Positions 1-23,693 of a stretch of DNA of 64,000 bases are shown piece after piece; position 1 is the first letter of the stretch, and the number at the start of each line of letters is the position of its first letter. The notes beneath the pieces were generated by a model. That model was not told the origin of the DNA, did no database searches, and worked only from the letters and a program-made list of their open reading frames with translations. The stretch comes from the human T2T-CHM13v2.0 reference genome, Homo sapiens: NCBI RefSeq assembly GCF_009914755.1, contig NC_060925.1; one strand, given 5' to 3'. The translations under genes were made by a program, and so were the position numbers.

Positions 1-283
1 CAGACAATTTGTATCTGAATGATGTTCTTAACTTCTCCAAACTAATCACATGGAAGTGTATTTGTGGTATTAGTTCAGAACTTGATATGTTTTAGCATAG
101 ATACACATCCATCCCTCCCCACTACACTATGAGCACCTCAAAGGCTTGGGGACTCTGTCTTACTTAGTTTTGTATCTCTAGCACGAAGAGGACGTTATTT
201 AAACATTGTAGGGGTGAAGTATGATTTATGATACTGATGGGAAAACACATAATAATGGAAAATTTCAAAGTGTTTTATATCTA

Positions 284-930
<647 letters not shown>

Positions 931-1457
931 CTGTTAAGAGGTATTTAACCCAAAGCATAACCCCAAGGAAATTTTGGAAAACTAGGAGATGTGATTCTGT
1001 TGAACTAACTGGCAAAGCACTGATAGGTCACTTAGCTTGCTCTTCTCCACCCACTTAGTACTGAAGGTACTAATGCAGCTTGCACTTTGAGAGTGCCCTG
1101 GAAGATGATGGTGCAACATAATTCAATGAGTTCAAATCTCTGGCTACTTTCCTTGTCTGGCAAGCCCCAGTGAGATTACAGAGTATACCCCTAAATGGAA
1201 ACAGCCAGGAGTCCCATCCGTCATAATTCTGCCACATGTCAGCTTTGCCCATGGAAGCTGAGTCTTTGTTTTCCTGATATCATCAGCTCTTTGCTTCTGG
1301 ATATGAAGAATGTGGCCCTCCAAGACTTTATTGATAGCAGAGGACTGGAGCCCTGGTAATGTCTTTGCATAGGTTCTGCTGGCAGTAGAGATGTTGGAGA
1401 TATGTCTTGTTATGCCTTTGAGAGGAGAAATCACCTAGTGTGCCTGTTTCCCTGCAG

Positions 1458-1563
1458 CCATGAGGAGTGGAACCAGATGCAGAGCCAGGAGGATGAGGTG
1501 GCCATCACTGAGCAGGATTTGGAACTTATTAAAGAAAGAGAAACGGCAATTCGGCAGCTGGAG
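1458..1563 (+). CDS. STX12: Syntaxin-12 internal coding exon (HEEWNQMQSQEDEVAITEQDLELIKERETAIRQLE), start of t-SNARE motif
   Basis: cctgcAG acceptor at 1456-1457, GAG|GTGAGA donor; frame continues into the next exon; peptide recognised as STX12. Confidence 0.96.
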
Positions 1564-1680
1564 GTGAGAGCCACGTCATGTTTTTTGTTTGACTCAGTGT
1601 GTCTGCAGGTATCTGAACTCCTTAGTTCACTTTAATTCTCTTAGTGATTATGAAAAGGCATAAAATGTGTCATTGTGTGA

Positions 1681-4149
<2,469 letters not shown>

Positions 4150-4151
4150 TA

Positions 4152-4522
4152 CAGTTGGCCCTCGATATATTTAGGTTTCACATCCTCAGACTCAAGCAAC
4201 CGTGGAGTGAAAATATTTAAAAAAAACTAAAAAATAATACAACAATAAAAAATAATACAAATGTAAAAACCAATACAGTGTAACAGTATTTTATATAACA
4301 CATTGTATTAGTTCAGTACATTACTAATACAATGTAAGTGCTATGTAAAATAGTAATGTAGTATAAAATAGTAATGTAACATTATATAAGTAATATAGAG
4401 ATGATTTAGAATATAGGAGAGAATGGGCACAAGTTATATGCAAATACTATGCCATTTTATATCAGTGACTTAGAGGGAGGGAGTCCTGGAACCAATCCCC
4501 CACGGATACCAAGGGACGAATG
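4152..4522 (-). mobile_element. MER2-like (Tigger family) DNA transposon relic
   Basis: Terminal inverted repeats CAGTTGGCCCTC... / ...GGGACGAATG flanked by TA; GGAACCAATCCCCCACGGATAC end. Confidence 0.75.
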
Positions 4523-5188
4523 TACCGTTATAGCAAAGTGGAGTGAGACATATGGAGCTAAGGAAAGAAATGTAATGGATGCCAGGGTATAATGGATCAT
4601 TTCATATTCAACAGAGGAAAGTCCAAATTCCTTAGCCTAGGTTCAATTTTCGTATCTAGTAATTTCCAAACTCTGACATACACATTCTATGTTATGGCAA
4701 AGCTAGGTTATTTGCTCTTTAACTGAGTTGCCTTTCTGTTCATATGACCTCTCCTTTGCTTTAAGGCACAACTCATGTCTTACCTCTTCTGCAGAGTCTT
4801 CCTTTTCTCCACACCTTTCTATACCATTAATTCAGCCATTTCCTATATAGTACTCTTCCTTCTTATTTATTTTATTGTGCACTTATTCCCCACGTCCACC
4901 CCAGTTAGCTGTATTCACAGCAACTAGCAGACTACCCCAACTATGGTAGACTCTTAGCAAGTGATTGAAATGCTGACAAGACTTGCTTTAGCAGATAGTC
5001 CACTATAGTAGACTCTTAGCAAGTGATTGAAATGCTTGCCAGGTTATGATTCCAATAACCCTTCAAACCTGGAAGGGAATTGCCCTCAAATTTCCATAGG
5101 GTCATGCCCCATATGAGCACCCCTTTAATAAGACAGGTTTCCATTGTCTTTCTTCTGCCTGATCATGAGTCAGAAAAACTCAAATATA

Positions 5189-6561
<1,373 letters not shown>

Positions 6562-7145
6562 TCACTTTGGAACTGCTATCCACAGACCATCAGCTTTTTG
6601 TCAGTCAGTTGGGAGTTACCATAGGGCATTGTCCAGTGATGACAGAATCCAGCAACTCCTCACACAGTTCCAGAGTCAATCCCAGGGGAAAAGAGGCTCC
6701 TTACTTGTAGCTCCTCCTTGCATTCCTCAGATAGCATGATCTTGTATAAACATTTAAATTCTGTAGTCCAAAGTCCCAGTGGTTGTCATCGGGAGGCACT
6801 CAACAGGCTTTTGTCACAAGGCCTAGCAGTCTCCACATAGGGCTATCACACCAAGAATTTGTCTATATCAGCACTCCAGCCTTCTGCTGTACTGTTTGGA
6901 CTTGGGCGCTCTTACTGGTTCTCATGTAGCATGTCCCATTAATGTTGCTTGAAGAGTGAGTTTATGTGCCTTCTGTTTTACAATATTGGGTAGGCAGCAA
7001 TAGATTATTTTCTGTTTATGGAGAAAGCATGCTTTGTAGAGCCTTAAAAACACACGTGTTAATAGCTAAAACTTTAGGTACGTGAGGGAAACAAATCTTC
7101 TAACATGTTGCTTAATGTTAGTTAATTGTTTTTTGTCTTCCTTAG

Positions 7146-7218
7146 GCTGACATTTTGGATGTCAATCAGATATTTAAAGATTTGGCCATGATGATCCATG
7201 ACCAGGGTGATCTGATTG
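7146..7218 (+). CDS. STX12: Syntaxin-12 coding exon (ADILDVNQIFKDLAMMIHDQGDLI), Qa-SNARE core with 0-layer Q
   Basis: cttAG acceptor, G|GTATGT donor, 73 bp, phase consistent with flanking exons. Confidence 0.96.
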
Positions 7219-7264
7219 GTATGTATTATTGATACCTTTAACCTCAAGGTGAGTTGATAGTATT

Positions 7265-8585
<1,321 letters not shown>

Positions 8586-8944
8586 GGTAGCAAAAATAAA
8601 AATATTATAAGGACCTTCTTTATACCCTTTACCCAGATTTACCTCTTGTTAACATTCTACCCCATTTGCTTTATTATGTATTCTTTCTCTCTTTCTCTAT
8701 GTGTATCTACATAATTTTTTATGAATCATTTATGGGTAAGTTAAATACTTCATAGCCCCCAAAAATTCATTGTTTTTTCTCCAAAGAAAAGGCTAGTCTC
8801 TTACCAAGGTAGTAACTCGATTTCATGGCTGGATAGTTTGGATAGTGGTAGTGAAACCAGGACATGTAACATCAGAAATCTGTTCAATTTGCAGTCTTAA
8901 AACATCTGAGTGTGTTAAAACATCCTCTGTCCTTCCTTTTGCAG

Positions 8945-9027
8945 ATAGCATAGAAGCCAATGTGGAAAGCTCAGAGGTGCACGTCGAAAGAGCCACTGAA
9001 CAGTTACAGCGAGCTGCTTACTATCAG
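8945..9027 (+). CDS. STX12: Syntaxin-12 coding exon (DSIEANVESSEVHVERATEQLQRAAYYQ)
   Basis: ttttgcAG acceptor, CAG|GTAAAA donor, 83 bp, phase consistent. Confidence 0.96.
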
Positions 9028-9582
9028 GTAAAAGCGGGTACCAAAGAAAGTCACTCTGTGTTGCAGACTTTTTAGGCCATCAGAGTACATTGACATATTG
9101 AGAACAGCTACAGCCTTTGCTTAGGTTTAAGCTAAAGGAAAGTAGTCATAATTGCAGTCCCAGTTCCATTTTTATTATTTTCCTTTGCAGATAGATCTAC
9201 AAAAAATAATCACACCTTGAATAAACTTATCAGAAGGCTAGTAACTGCAAAGCTAACCCTATACACTAATATGATACCTAAATCTGCTATGAGGCTGTTT
9301 TATATCCCGAACAGCTGAATGTATTTCAATTAGGATAGTAAGAAGTACAGTTAAAGTAGAAGACTTCATAGATTCTTTATGTTGAGTGTTGCCATAGAGG
9401 ATGGACATAGAATCAACTTCGACTGCTATTTATATATGAATAAATAAGGATAATCATTCTGGAACTGTTCCTGTAAAGTGAAATCCTTCTACATGTTAGT
9501 TGAAACTCTGGTTTTTTTACTTATCCAAGTCTTTATCTCAGTGTACAAATAATGTGAATGAAGTCTTTCTCACTTCCCTTCA

Positions 9583-10481
<899 letters not shown>

Positions 10482-11029
10482 AAATAGCATTTCAGTTGTT
10501 TTCCGTGTTCCTGGGATAGCTGTATTTTACCTGGGAGTGCTCGTAAAGAAATTCGTATTTAATAATAGTGTTTCCTTTAAAAACTAGGTGATTAATTTAG
10601 TGTCCAACAGTAAAGGAATAATTAAGTAAATTATATACATCCACTCATTGTTGCATATGGGAATTAAGAGATGTTTCTGAAGAGTTTAAACAGAAAAATG
10701 TTTATACTAAACATTAAGTGAGGAAAAACATCAAACATCATACAATGTGATCCAGTTATGTCAAATAATATACATAGATAACAAATCAGAAAGAAATACA
10801 AAAATGTTGACGGTATTATCTATGGGTGATTTTTTTTTCTCCCTCCGCTTGCTGTATTTTTTTTTTTACAATGAACATAACAGTTTTATACGTATTATAA
10901 AATGTTATTAAAATACACATGCACAAATAACTTATTTTATTGCAAATAATGCCTGGCAGCACAGGTATAGTTCCTTTGCAAAATTGTATGTGGGGACTTG
11001 GAATTAAAACTTTGAAACCTATACTACTC

Positions 11030-11330
11030 GGCTGGGTGCGGTGGCCCACGCCTGTAATCCCAGCCCTTTGGGAAGCCGAGGCAGGTAGATCACTTGAGGT
11101 CAGGAGTTCGAGATCAGCCTGGCCAACACTGGTGAAACCCCGTCTCTACTAAAAATACAAAAACTAGCTGGGCATAGTGGCACACGCCTGTAATTCCAGC
11201 TGCTCAGGAGGCTGAGACATTAGAATCACTTGAACCTGGAAGGTGGAGGTTTCAGTTAGCCAAGATCGCACCACGGCACTCCAGCCTGGGTGACGGAGTG
11301 AGACTCTGTCTCAAGAAAAAAAAAAACACC
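11030..11330 (+). mobile_element. Alu
   Basis: Full dimer with A tail. Confidence 0.9.
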
Positions 11331-11525
11331 AAACAAACAAAAAACACTTGCACTACTACCTAGTGCTGCTGACTTAAGATTTCTGGGAAAGTCTGTGCAT
11401 AATTTTGCATGGATAGAGTTAATCTTTAATTACAAGGAGGCAGATTTATGAAGCATTCTTAGAGTCTTACACATACAAATTTTACTTGTTTCATGAGTAT
11501 CTTGTTTACATATTTCTTTCCTCAG

Positions 11526-11624
11526 AAAAAATCTCGCAAGAAGATGTGTATCCTGGTGCTTGTCCTGTCAGTGATTATTCTAATCTTGGGACTTATTATC
11601 TGGCTAGTTTATAAAACGAAGTGA
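11526..11624 (+). CDS. STX12: Syntaxin-12 last coding exon (KKSRKKMCILVLVLSVIILILGLIIWLVYKTK*), C-terminal transmembrane anchor
   Basis: ctcAG acceptor; basic patch followed by hydrophobic TM segment; TGA at 11622-11624. Confidence 0.96.
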   Translation, partial: KKSRKKMCILVLVLSVIILILGLIIWLVYKTK

Positions 11625-12450
11625 TTGCCTCCGATCGTTCTCCCGCTGAGCTGTTTTCAAGGGCAAGTGCTTGTTGAAGTCTTGCCAGAACAAACTGATC
11701 ACAAGAAGACAGCATATATCAGAACGTCCTGTAATCATTTAGTTAGAAACTAACTACTAACTAGTCTTTGGAATTCGTGACCTATGGAGACAGTAATTAT
11801 CAATTTATTGATTCTATTGATTTCTCAAATTAGGAATTAACTTATGTGGATTTTGCTTCCTCTTGTATTCTGATTGCCCTTCATCCCAAGTGTTTACTGA
11901 AAATTCCATTCTAGATATTCTTGTTTTGACAAATGACACTACAGTCTCGTAATATTGTCTTTTATGTATATACAAAATTTACCTTTTTACTAGCATCTGA
12001 GATAGAGTTACTTTCTGGTACCCAGTATATTGGAGTCTGTCAGAAACTCTATAATAGGCCACCAGTTTTTATTATTTAACATTTTTATTTGAATTTCTAA
12101 GAAGCCTATTCTCTATCTATTTTGAAAGATTTTGGCACTATATTTAATTGGAAGGTAAAATATTGTACATGTGATCCAGAGTAAATGAGAAGTCTCTATC
12201 TGAGCTGGTCAGTTACTGGAGTACATGTTACTAATCTGGGTTTAAAGTTTACTTCATTATCTGCTAGTGTCATCCACAGCAGTTCATCCTCATCCACACT
12301 AAGCCATCCTGTTAGCTTTTAAAGGAAGTTAATTTAATTAACATTAATATACTCTATGGGCTCCCTCTCCCACCTGTCTGCATAGAAAGGCAGAATTAGA
12401 CATAGCATGCTTTGGAAAAGCAAATAGGAATTGTTGGGAATGATTTAATC

Positions 12451-12473
12451 TTGTTGTTGTTGTTGTTGTTGTT
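12451..12473 (+). repeat. (TTG)n microsatellite in the STX12 3' UTR
   Basis: About 7.5 perfect units. Confidence 0.95.
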
Positions 12474-13228
12474 CACTTGTGGTTCTACATTCCTGGTGAA
12501 TGATGAATGTTGCTGTCAAAGGGCTGCCCCCTACCTTATAAGGGTTGCTGGGCATTTGAAGGCAGGAAGATTTTTAAAGATAGATTGAGGTTGGTTTAAA
12601 ATTATTCCTGTAAACCAACAATAAAGCAAAGAAGAGGTTCATTTTTGTAAATAACACTGGTTTCAAATAGTGATGTTAGACTTAACCTAATTTATAAACA
12701 AGAGATTAATATCTCCATGCATAGTTTTAGACAAAAAAAGATGTTTCAATAAAATTACTGTCTTGTAATATAAATGTTGTCCACTTCCCTTTTCCACAGG
12801 CCTAGAACAGTTAAAGGGAACATAATTTGTTTAGGCTCCCACATAAATGTGAATCTGGCCAACAACTTTGGTTCATCCTTTAGTGAATTAGAGGATTTGG
12901 CTACCCTGAGTATATTTATATTCATTTCTTCTGTTCTCCTTCTGTTATTATACTTAATCTTCTAAACTAAACTAATGTGAACAGTAGGGAAGCAAGGGCC
13001 CAAATGCATAAGTTTCTTTGCACTGTTGCACTTACTTAATACAAATAAATGTTTTTTAAAGCTTTTGTAGTATGTTTTTATGAGTTAACATCCTAATGTG
13101 GTAGGTATTAGGTAATGTGCTGTCATGAGAAAAATTGAGACTTCCAAGAAAACTGGACACCAGGTGAGGGTTGGTTTGGAGACGGAATAGGTGTAGCTGC
13201 CTTTCCTTGAAAAACAGTGTGTAGAGAT

Positions 13229-13392
13229 GGCTGAGTGCAATGGCTCACACTTGTAATCCCAACACTTTGGAAGGCTGAGGCGGGAGGATCAGTATATCGG
13301 TACGTCTGAGCCCAAGAGTTCAAGATCAGCCTGGGCAGTATAGCAAGACCCCATCTCCATTTTTTTTTTAATGATTTTTTAATTAAAAAAAA
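13229..13392 (+). mobile_element. Alu monomer (FLAM-like) inside the distal STX12 3' UTR
   Basis: Left-arm consensus with a short internal insertion. Confidence 0.85.
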
Positions 13393-13719
13393 GAACAACA
13401 GGATAGAGCTGTTGGGGTGGCACAGTGGCCCAAAGAGCAGCTTCAGAGATAATTCCTTGGTTCTATGATCCCTGTTTAACTCCAAATTACAGTCGGACTT
13501 GGATACATCATTTGTAACATTGTAGGAAAGAAAAAAGTCTTGGTTGTGAAAAACGATTTGCATTTGGGTAAAATAAAGTGACCATGCTTTTGTTCTGTAA
13601 TACTGTGTGACCTGTGGTTGTTGTAATGGTGATCATGGAGAGCAAATATGAACTTGGCCTGGATTTTAAATGGCCTAGAATTTGTGGTAGTTGCCAAAGA
13701 GGTTCTCCTAGGTGGTCTT

Positions 13720-13725
13720 AATAAA
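13720..13725 (+). terminator. Distal poly(A) signal of STX12
   Basis: AATAAA followed by CA dinucleotides and a T/GT-rich stretch, just before repeat-derived DNA begins. Confidence 0.6.
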
Positions 13726-13787
13726 CCTATTCACAGAATTCTCCTTATCTGTGCCTTGATTATCATTGGGAGCATCACAATCTAGGA

Positions 13788-14469
<682 letters not shown>

Positions 14470-14553
14470 TTTGGATGTCAGAAACTAGACTGGGGTACAA
14501 AAGACCTTAGCTGTGCCGTTAACTTGCTGAGGGTATTTGAAAAAGTCACTTAT

Positions 14554-17034
<2,481 letters not shown>

Positions 17035-18423
17035 TTAAAGTTTTCTGACCTCAATATTCTTCTAATGTCTTTAGATCTTATTCTAAGGAAATCTATCAAA
17101 GGCCAACATACTAATCTCTTTATTGAGATACCAAAATCCAAAGGCAGCTAGTACATCAGTCTATTTTAAAAGGTTAAGGACCTAGATTGCTGCCCTCTAG
17201 TTTGCTGGTCTATACTGACATCATTGGTGCCCAAACAAAGAGCATTTTGCTTTATGAGGGCCTAGGTAAGCATAAGGTGCCACGTGTGAATATCTACTGT
17301 GCTAGAAACAGAACATGGCCAAGGAGTAAAGAATTAGAAAGGTAAGATGTAGCTTTTAGGTTTCCTGGGTCTATAGTCAGCAATAGAAGGATCACACAAG
17401 CTGAGAAGTTGAAATACAAAGTTGCCATAAGATACTATCAGGTCACTGCTAACTGCAAATGGCTTCAACACCATGTTATGCCTAAAAGGAGCATAGAACC
17501 TCAAAGGCCCACACAATTTCTGTAGGTAAAAGTATCTTCTTCTTTTCTGTTAGACTCAAAAACTTTTGGGACTAATTCCTTCTAAAAAATCATGCCCTGT
17601 ATTCAGAAGAGAGGGACATAGGATTATTTCTGTTTTCTTGAAACCAAGTTTAGAATTTGAATTTTTCCAATCAGCCTAGTCTTACTTTGGAATCACAAGG
17701 CTGAAAAGGAGGATATTAACAGGCCATTTGATAAGTGATCTGATTAGTCGCCATCCTTGCTGGATAAGTTTATTGTGCTTTAAAGGCCAGAGGAAAAGGT
17801 GTTTCTCCAGTCTACCTAAGAGTTGATAATCTTAAAATCCAAGTTAATGTTATATTGCAGTTACTTTTTTGATCTTCTCACTCCTTCTAAGTTATATTGC
17901 AGTTAAATCTTGAGGGCTGGAGACTTCATCAAGGGCAAAAATCTTTTGAATAGGCTGATTTTCTACAGAACCAGTAGCATGGAAGCAAGAAAAGAACTAC
18001 TTTCATCATAGATTCCTCAACTTGCTGAGCAGTGCCTCTTTCTGGATGAACAGGAACTTAGCAATTGATTTATTTAAAAAAGGAAAAACTGGTCAGATAA
18101 TCCTCCCAACGCGTCTACAAAAGTGAAAAAGAGGGGCATCAGTTGCATGCTAATAATAAATATAATTATACCAACATCAAAGTGTAAGAGAGAATAGTGA
18201 CTCATGAGCATGGCCTTCGGCATCATATAGGTTTAGGTTTTTGATCCCACTCCACTTGTTCTAGGGTGAAGCTGGGTAACTCAATCTCTCTAAGCCTCTC
18301 CTCTGGAATTATAATAATACCTAACTCAAGAGTATTGTCAGGATTAAGTGAGATGATCCATATAAAATACATACTTGCCCAGGTAACTGCTGAACAGACA
18401 ATGCCATTAAAACCAGAGGCCCT

Positions 18424-19065
18424 CCCGTCCAGGAGGGAGGTGGGGGGGGGGTCAGCCCCCGCCCGGCCAGCCGCCCCATCCAGGAGGTGAGGGGCGCCTC
18501 TGCCCGGCCGCCCCTACTGGGAAGTGAGGAGCCCCTCTGCCCGGCCACCACCCCATCTGGGAGGTGTACCCAACAGCTCATTGAGAACGGGCCATGATGA
18601 CAATGGCGGTTTTGTGGAATAGAAAAGGGGGAAAGGTGGGGAAAAGATTGAGAAATCGGATGGTTGCTGTGTCTGTGTACAAAGAAGTAGACATGGGAGA
18701 CTTTTCATTTTGTTCTGTACTAAGAAAAATTCTTCTGCCTTGGGATCCTGTTGATCTATGACCTTACCCCCAACCCTGTGCTCTCTCCACTCAGGGTTAA
18801 ATGGATAAAGGGCAGTGCAAGATGTGCTTTGTTAAACAGATGCTTGAAGGCAGCATGCTCATTAAGAGTCATCACCACTCCCTAATCTCAAGTACCCAGG
18901 GACACAAACACTGCGGAAGGCCACAGGGTCCTCTGCCTAGGAAAACCAGAGACCTTTGTTCACTTGTTTATCTGCTGACCTTCCCTCCACTATTGTCCTA
19001 TGACCCTGCCAAATCCCCCTCTGCGAGAAACACCCAAGAATGATCAATAAAAAAATAAAAAATAA
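18424..19065 (+). mobile_element. 5'-truncated SVA (end of VNTR + SINE-R + polyA), probably SVA_D-like
   Basis: SVA VNTR units, SINE-R, AATAAA and A tail; 15-bp TSD AAAACCAGAGGCCCT at 18409-18423 and 19066-19080. Confidence 0.93.
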
Positions 19066-19429
19066 AAAACCAGAGGCCCTGCTAATGGTCTCTTAAAACC
19101 AGCTGGTGATCTAGGGCAAGCGAGCAATCCTTATGCTTCCTTGCCCTATAACCAAAAGCAAAAAATCCTTTTTAAAAAAATTAACCATTTGAGCCAAGCA
19201 CAGTGATGATTTGGACCCCTGCTTTCTGACTGGACCTGCTCCTGGCTCCTGCTTGTCCAGAGTTTTCATAAACAGACTAGGTGACCCCTAATGCAGATTC
19301 CCTGACAATCTACAGGCCTAAACGTGAATTAGAAAAAAGTGAGTAGGGTGCCACTTTTTGGAGAAGGGCTGAAGAGAAACAATAATCACTCCAATCTCCG
19401 AGTTTTGCCCTTTAGCTTCTCCGCTTTGA

Positions 19430-20640
<1,211 letters not shown>

Positions 20641-22048
20641 TGCCACAGAGAATACGAGGGTAGGTTAGCGCCATCCCTGCCCTCAGGGAGCTCCCAGTCT
20701 GTGGCACTAGTAGGCATTAGTAATGGTTGGCATGAACCCTTTTTATCCCTTCGAAAGTTCTTGGGAATAATGAAATAATTTAATTTGGTCTTTGAGTAGG
20801 GTACAAGTTGAATAAATATGAATTACCTTACAAGGAAACGCTTCTGAATTAAGAGTTTTTTTCTGCTGTAGCTCATCGCAGTGTATTGTTTGTTGCTTGT
20901 CTCTGTCTCCCGTTGTATTGCCATCCTCAAGGGCAAAGACTGCATCTTTGTATTCCCAGCTCCTAGGCCTGAGTCAGGCACATAGTAGGAATTCAGAAAG
21001 TATGTTTTGGATGTAACATTCCTCCTTTTTCCTGGACAAAATGGCCTTTTGTCCGGTGCATTGTCCTTTCCATAGAGGAGGGGTTGGGGCAGGATTGTGA
21101 GATGACTGTGTTGAATCTTCAGTTAGCTAGACAAGGATACGTTTTTTCATGTGCAAATCTAAAGGTTCTAGTGAGGTGGTTCTTTTTTCTAACTTCAAAT
21201 TAGCAAACCCAAAAAGCAAGCAAATGTGTGGCTATTTTCTGGATCGCTTTGCACTTTTGTAGTAGTTGCTTCAGTCTACAAATTCTGTATCCATTTTGAT
21301 CCCTCGCTGTATTGATTTCAAATTTGGGCCGAGATAGCAAACATAGTTAGAAAGCACTGTTTTTGAGATCACCTACCCTTTCCTTAGGATCTGGTAGGTA
21401 CCAGGCACCGTTAGGTGCTTTGACATATGAGTCTCCCTTGAATGGTATGGCTGTAGGATATAGAGGAAACGTCCCCTAATCATGCTGTTGTAGAAAGACC
21501 TGTTTCAAGGGTAACATATTCATTTGGTACCTGGTTTCATGGGGCATGATTTTGAATTGCCCTAGTTCCCTAATTATGCACCTCTGATTTGGTTTCAGAG
21601 CTCAGGACAGTACTCTTTGCTTACTCTGTGATGAGACTAATCTTGATGAGCCCCAAACAGCAACTAATTTATTCGGTCTTTATATGATATTGGAGTAGGG
21701 GTGGATTTCAGATTCAAACTCCAGGTGACTAGACCACCCCAGCTATCGTACTTGCACTCTCTATGCAGTTCTTTCTCTGAGGTGAAGATCCAGTGTTAAA
21801 ATATAGGTTTCTTGGTGCTGCTCTAAATACAGATCTACTAAAATCTGTTGCAGAGCAATTGAATCACTAGGGAAGTAAGTGTCAAACGTAGAATGGAGCT
21901 GTAATAACAGTGAAGTGGATGACATTTCTGCTTGAACATGAACTAATTATAGGCTGGTAGGAGAGCTGCAATGTTGAATGGGACAATGGTTGTAAATAGC
22001 ATTTATAAACCCATCCTGAAAATGCTTTTTTCTATTTTTATTTTTCAG

Positions 22049-22109
22049 GGCAGGTAAGCCCCCTCCCGGTTTACATCTGGATGTAGTCAAAGGAGACAAA
22101 CTAATTGAG
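22049..22109 (+). CDS. PPP1R8: NIPP1 exon 2 (AGKPPPGLHLDVVKGDKLIE)
   Basis: T-rich tract + cAG acceptor, GAG|GTATGG donor, phase matches exon 1. Confidence 0.95.
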
Positions 22110-23693
22110 GTATGGAAATACATGTCTTACTTTTTTGGCTGCCACACTAAAGATTTTTGCCAGTGACTCACTTTTCCACCCCCTCTCCTGTGCTTTGTTT
22201 TCCAGCAATGCTACTTTCTTTCATCCTGATTTTTTTTTTCTGTTAAAAGCACATGGTGACATCACACATTTAAAGCTTATGTCTACCACAGACACTCAAT
22301 TTTTTGTGACTTCTCTCAAATGAAGGGTTTTAATAGGTCATGGGTCCTGTGGGCCCCAGTCAAACTGGAAGCCCTGTTAGCTTGGTTAATTCCCTCTCCC
22401 TGAGTACATGGAGTTGTGTAAACCGTGCAAGGTATGCAGTAACTGAAGAAAGTGAATGATATATATTGAGTTTAACTTCTAAGTTAATTTTAAGACATTC
22501 AGGCCCAACTCCTTATAAGAAGTATGGTAAACTAAGACATTTACTCAAAAAGATAATGGAATTGTGGTGAAATTCATTAATTGATTCTTTCAAAACATGT
22601 ATTGAGTGTTTACTATGTGCCAGTTACTGTGCTTGGCATACAGATTGCAGCAGTAAGCAAAACCAACATAATTTCTGTCCTCAAGTCATCCAGTGGGAGA
22701 GACAGAATCACACCAAAAAATTACATAATTATATTTGAATTAAGTACTATAAAAGTTTAGCAGAATTCCAGCTTTTATACAAGCCTCTAGAGAGAACACC
22801 ACATAGGAGTTCAAGAGAACATGAGTTTTTATTAGCTATTAGTTTGCGTAAATTTTTTATAATCCTTACGGTATTATTTATTTACCAAGAGATGGATATT
22901 AAGCCCACTATGACCATGTAGCTGTGAGTCTCCCATATTAGACCAATTTTATATTTGCTTGCTCAGCTAGAATTTAGGTTCAAGGCCCCATTATTGAATG
23001 CAGTTTTTTCATTGTGGTTTTTTGGTATTTAATAAAAATGTTGCAGTTCCACGGTTGCTAGATTGAAAAGCTATCTGAGATCTTTTGAAGGTTACTCTGT
23101 AAATATATTGTTGTCACTTTTGAGATGTTGTAGAGATAACCAGGTATTTTGCAAAGTATTAAGGCATGCACGAGTTTTAATGATTTCTCCTGTTATGAAT
23201 ACATCATGGACTCAGCCAGTCACAGAGAGCCCCTTTGTCATGGGTTCTTCTCTCTTAAAGATTTAAAACCTCAAGATTATTCAAAGAAATAATTTAGCTA
23301 AAATATCTGTAAAACCTTTTTTGCTATAGATTGTTCCACAGTTACAAAATATTTGTTGCTGAATAGCACAAAGCTTGAAGACATATAGGGATCTGTTTTA
23401 TTACTAGAATTTAGCAAATCTTTAGTTTGCAACAGGAAGAAACAGACAGGGTTGCCTAGTCTTAATGATAACATCACATTCCTTTGTGGAATAATTGGTA
23501 TTACATTTTCAAAACACTCTAACTTGCCAGACACTCCTCTGATCATTGGTGTCTATTAGCTGATAACGTTCTCTTTCGATGTTGTTAAGTGTGCTGAGTT
23601 GCCACAAAGTTGTCAAGTTACAATCCTTAGACATCACTGTATTCTTGAGAGGCGTAGACCTGAGATGTGCTTATTTTTAGATTTAAACTTGAT

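Larger units (their letters stand above)
11625..13740 (+). other. STX12: STX12 3' UTR with several candidate poly(A) signals
   Basis: AATAAA at 12620, 12748, 13044 and 13720; AU-rich sequence; 3' end approximate. Confidence 0.75.

Noticed and set aside
1144-1434. Minus-strand ORF containing LPWAKL...TDGTP, reminiscent of hAT transposase
   Set aside because: Similarity limited to a few residues; flanking motifs and terminal repeats are absent
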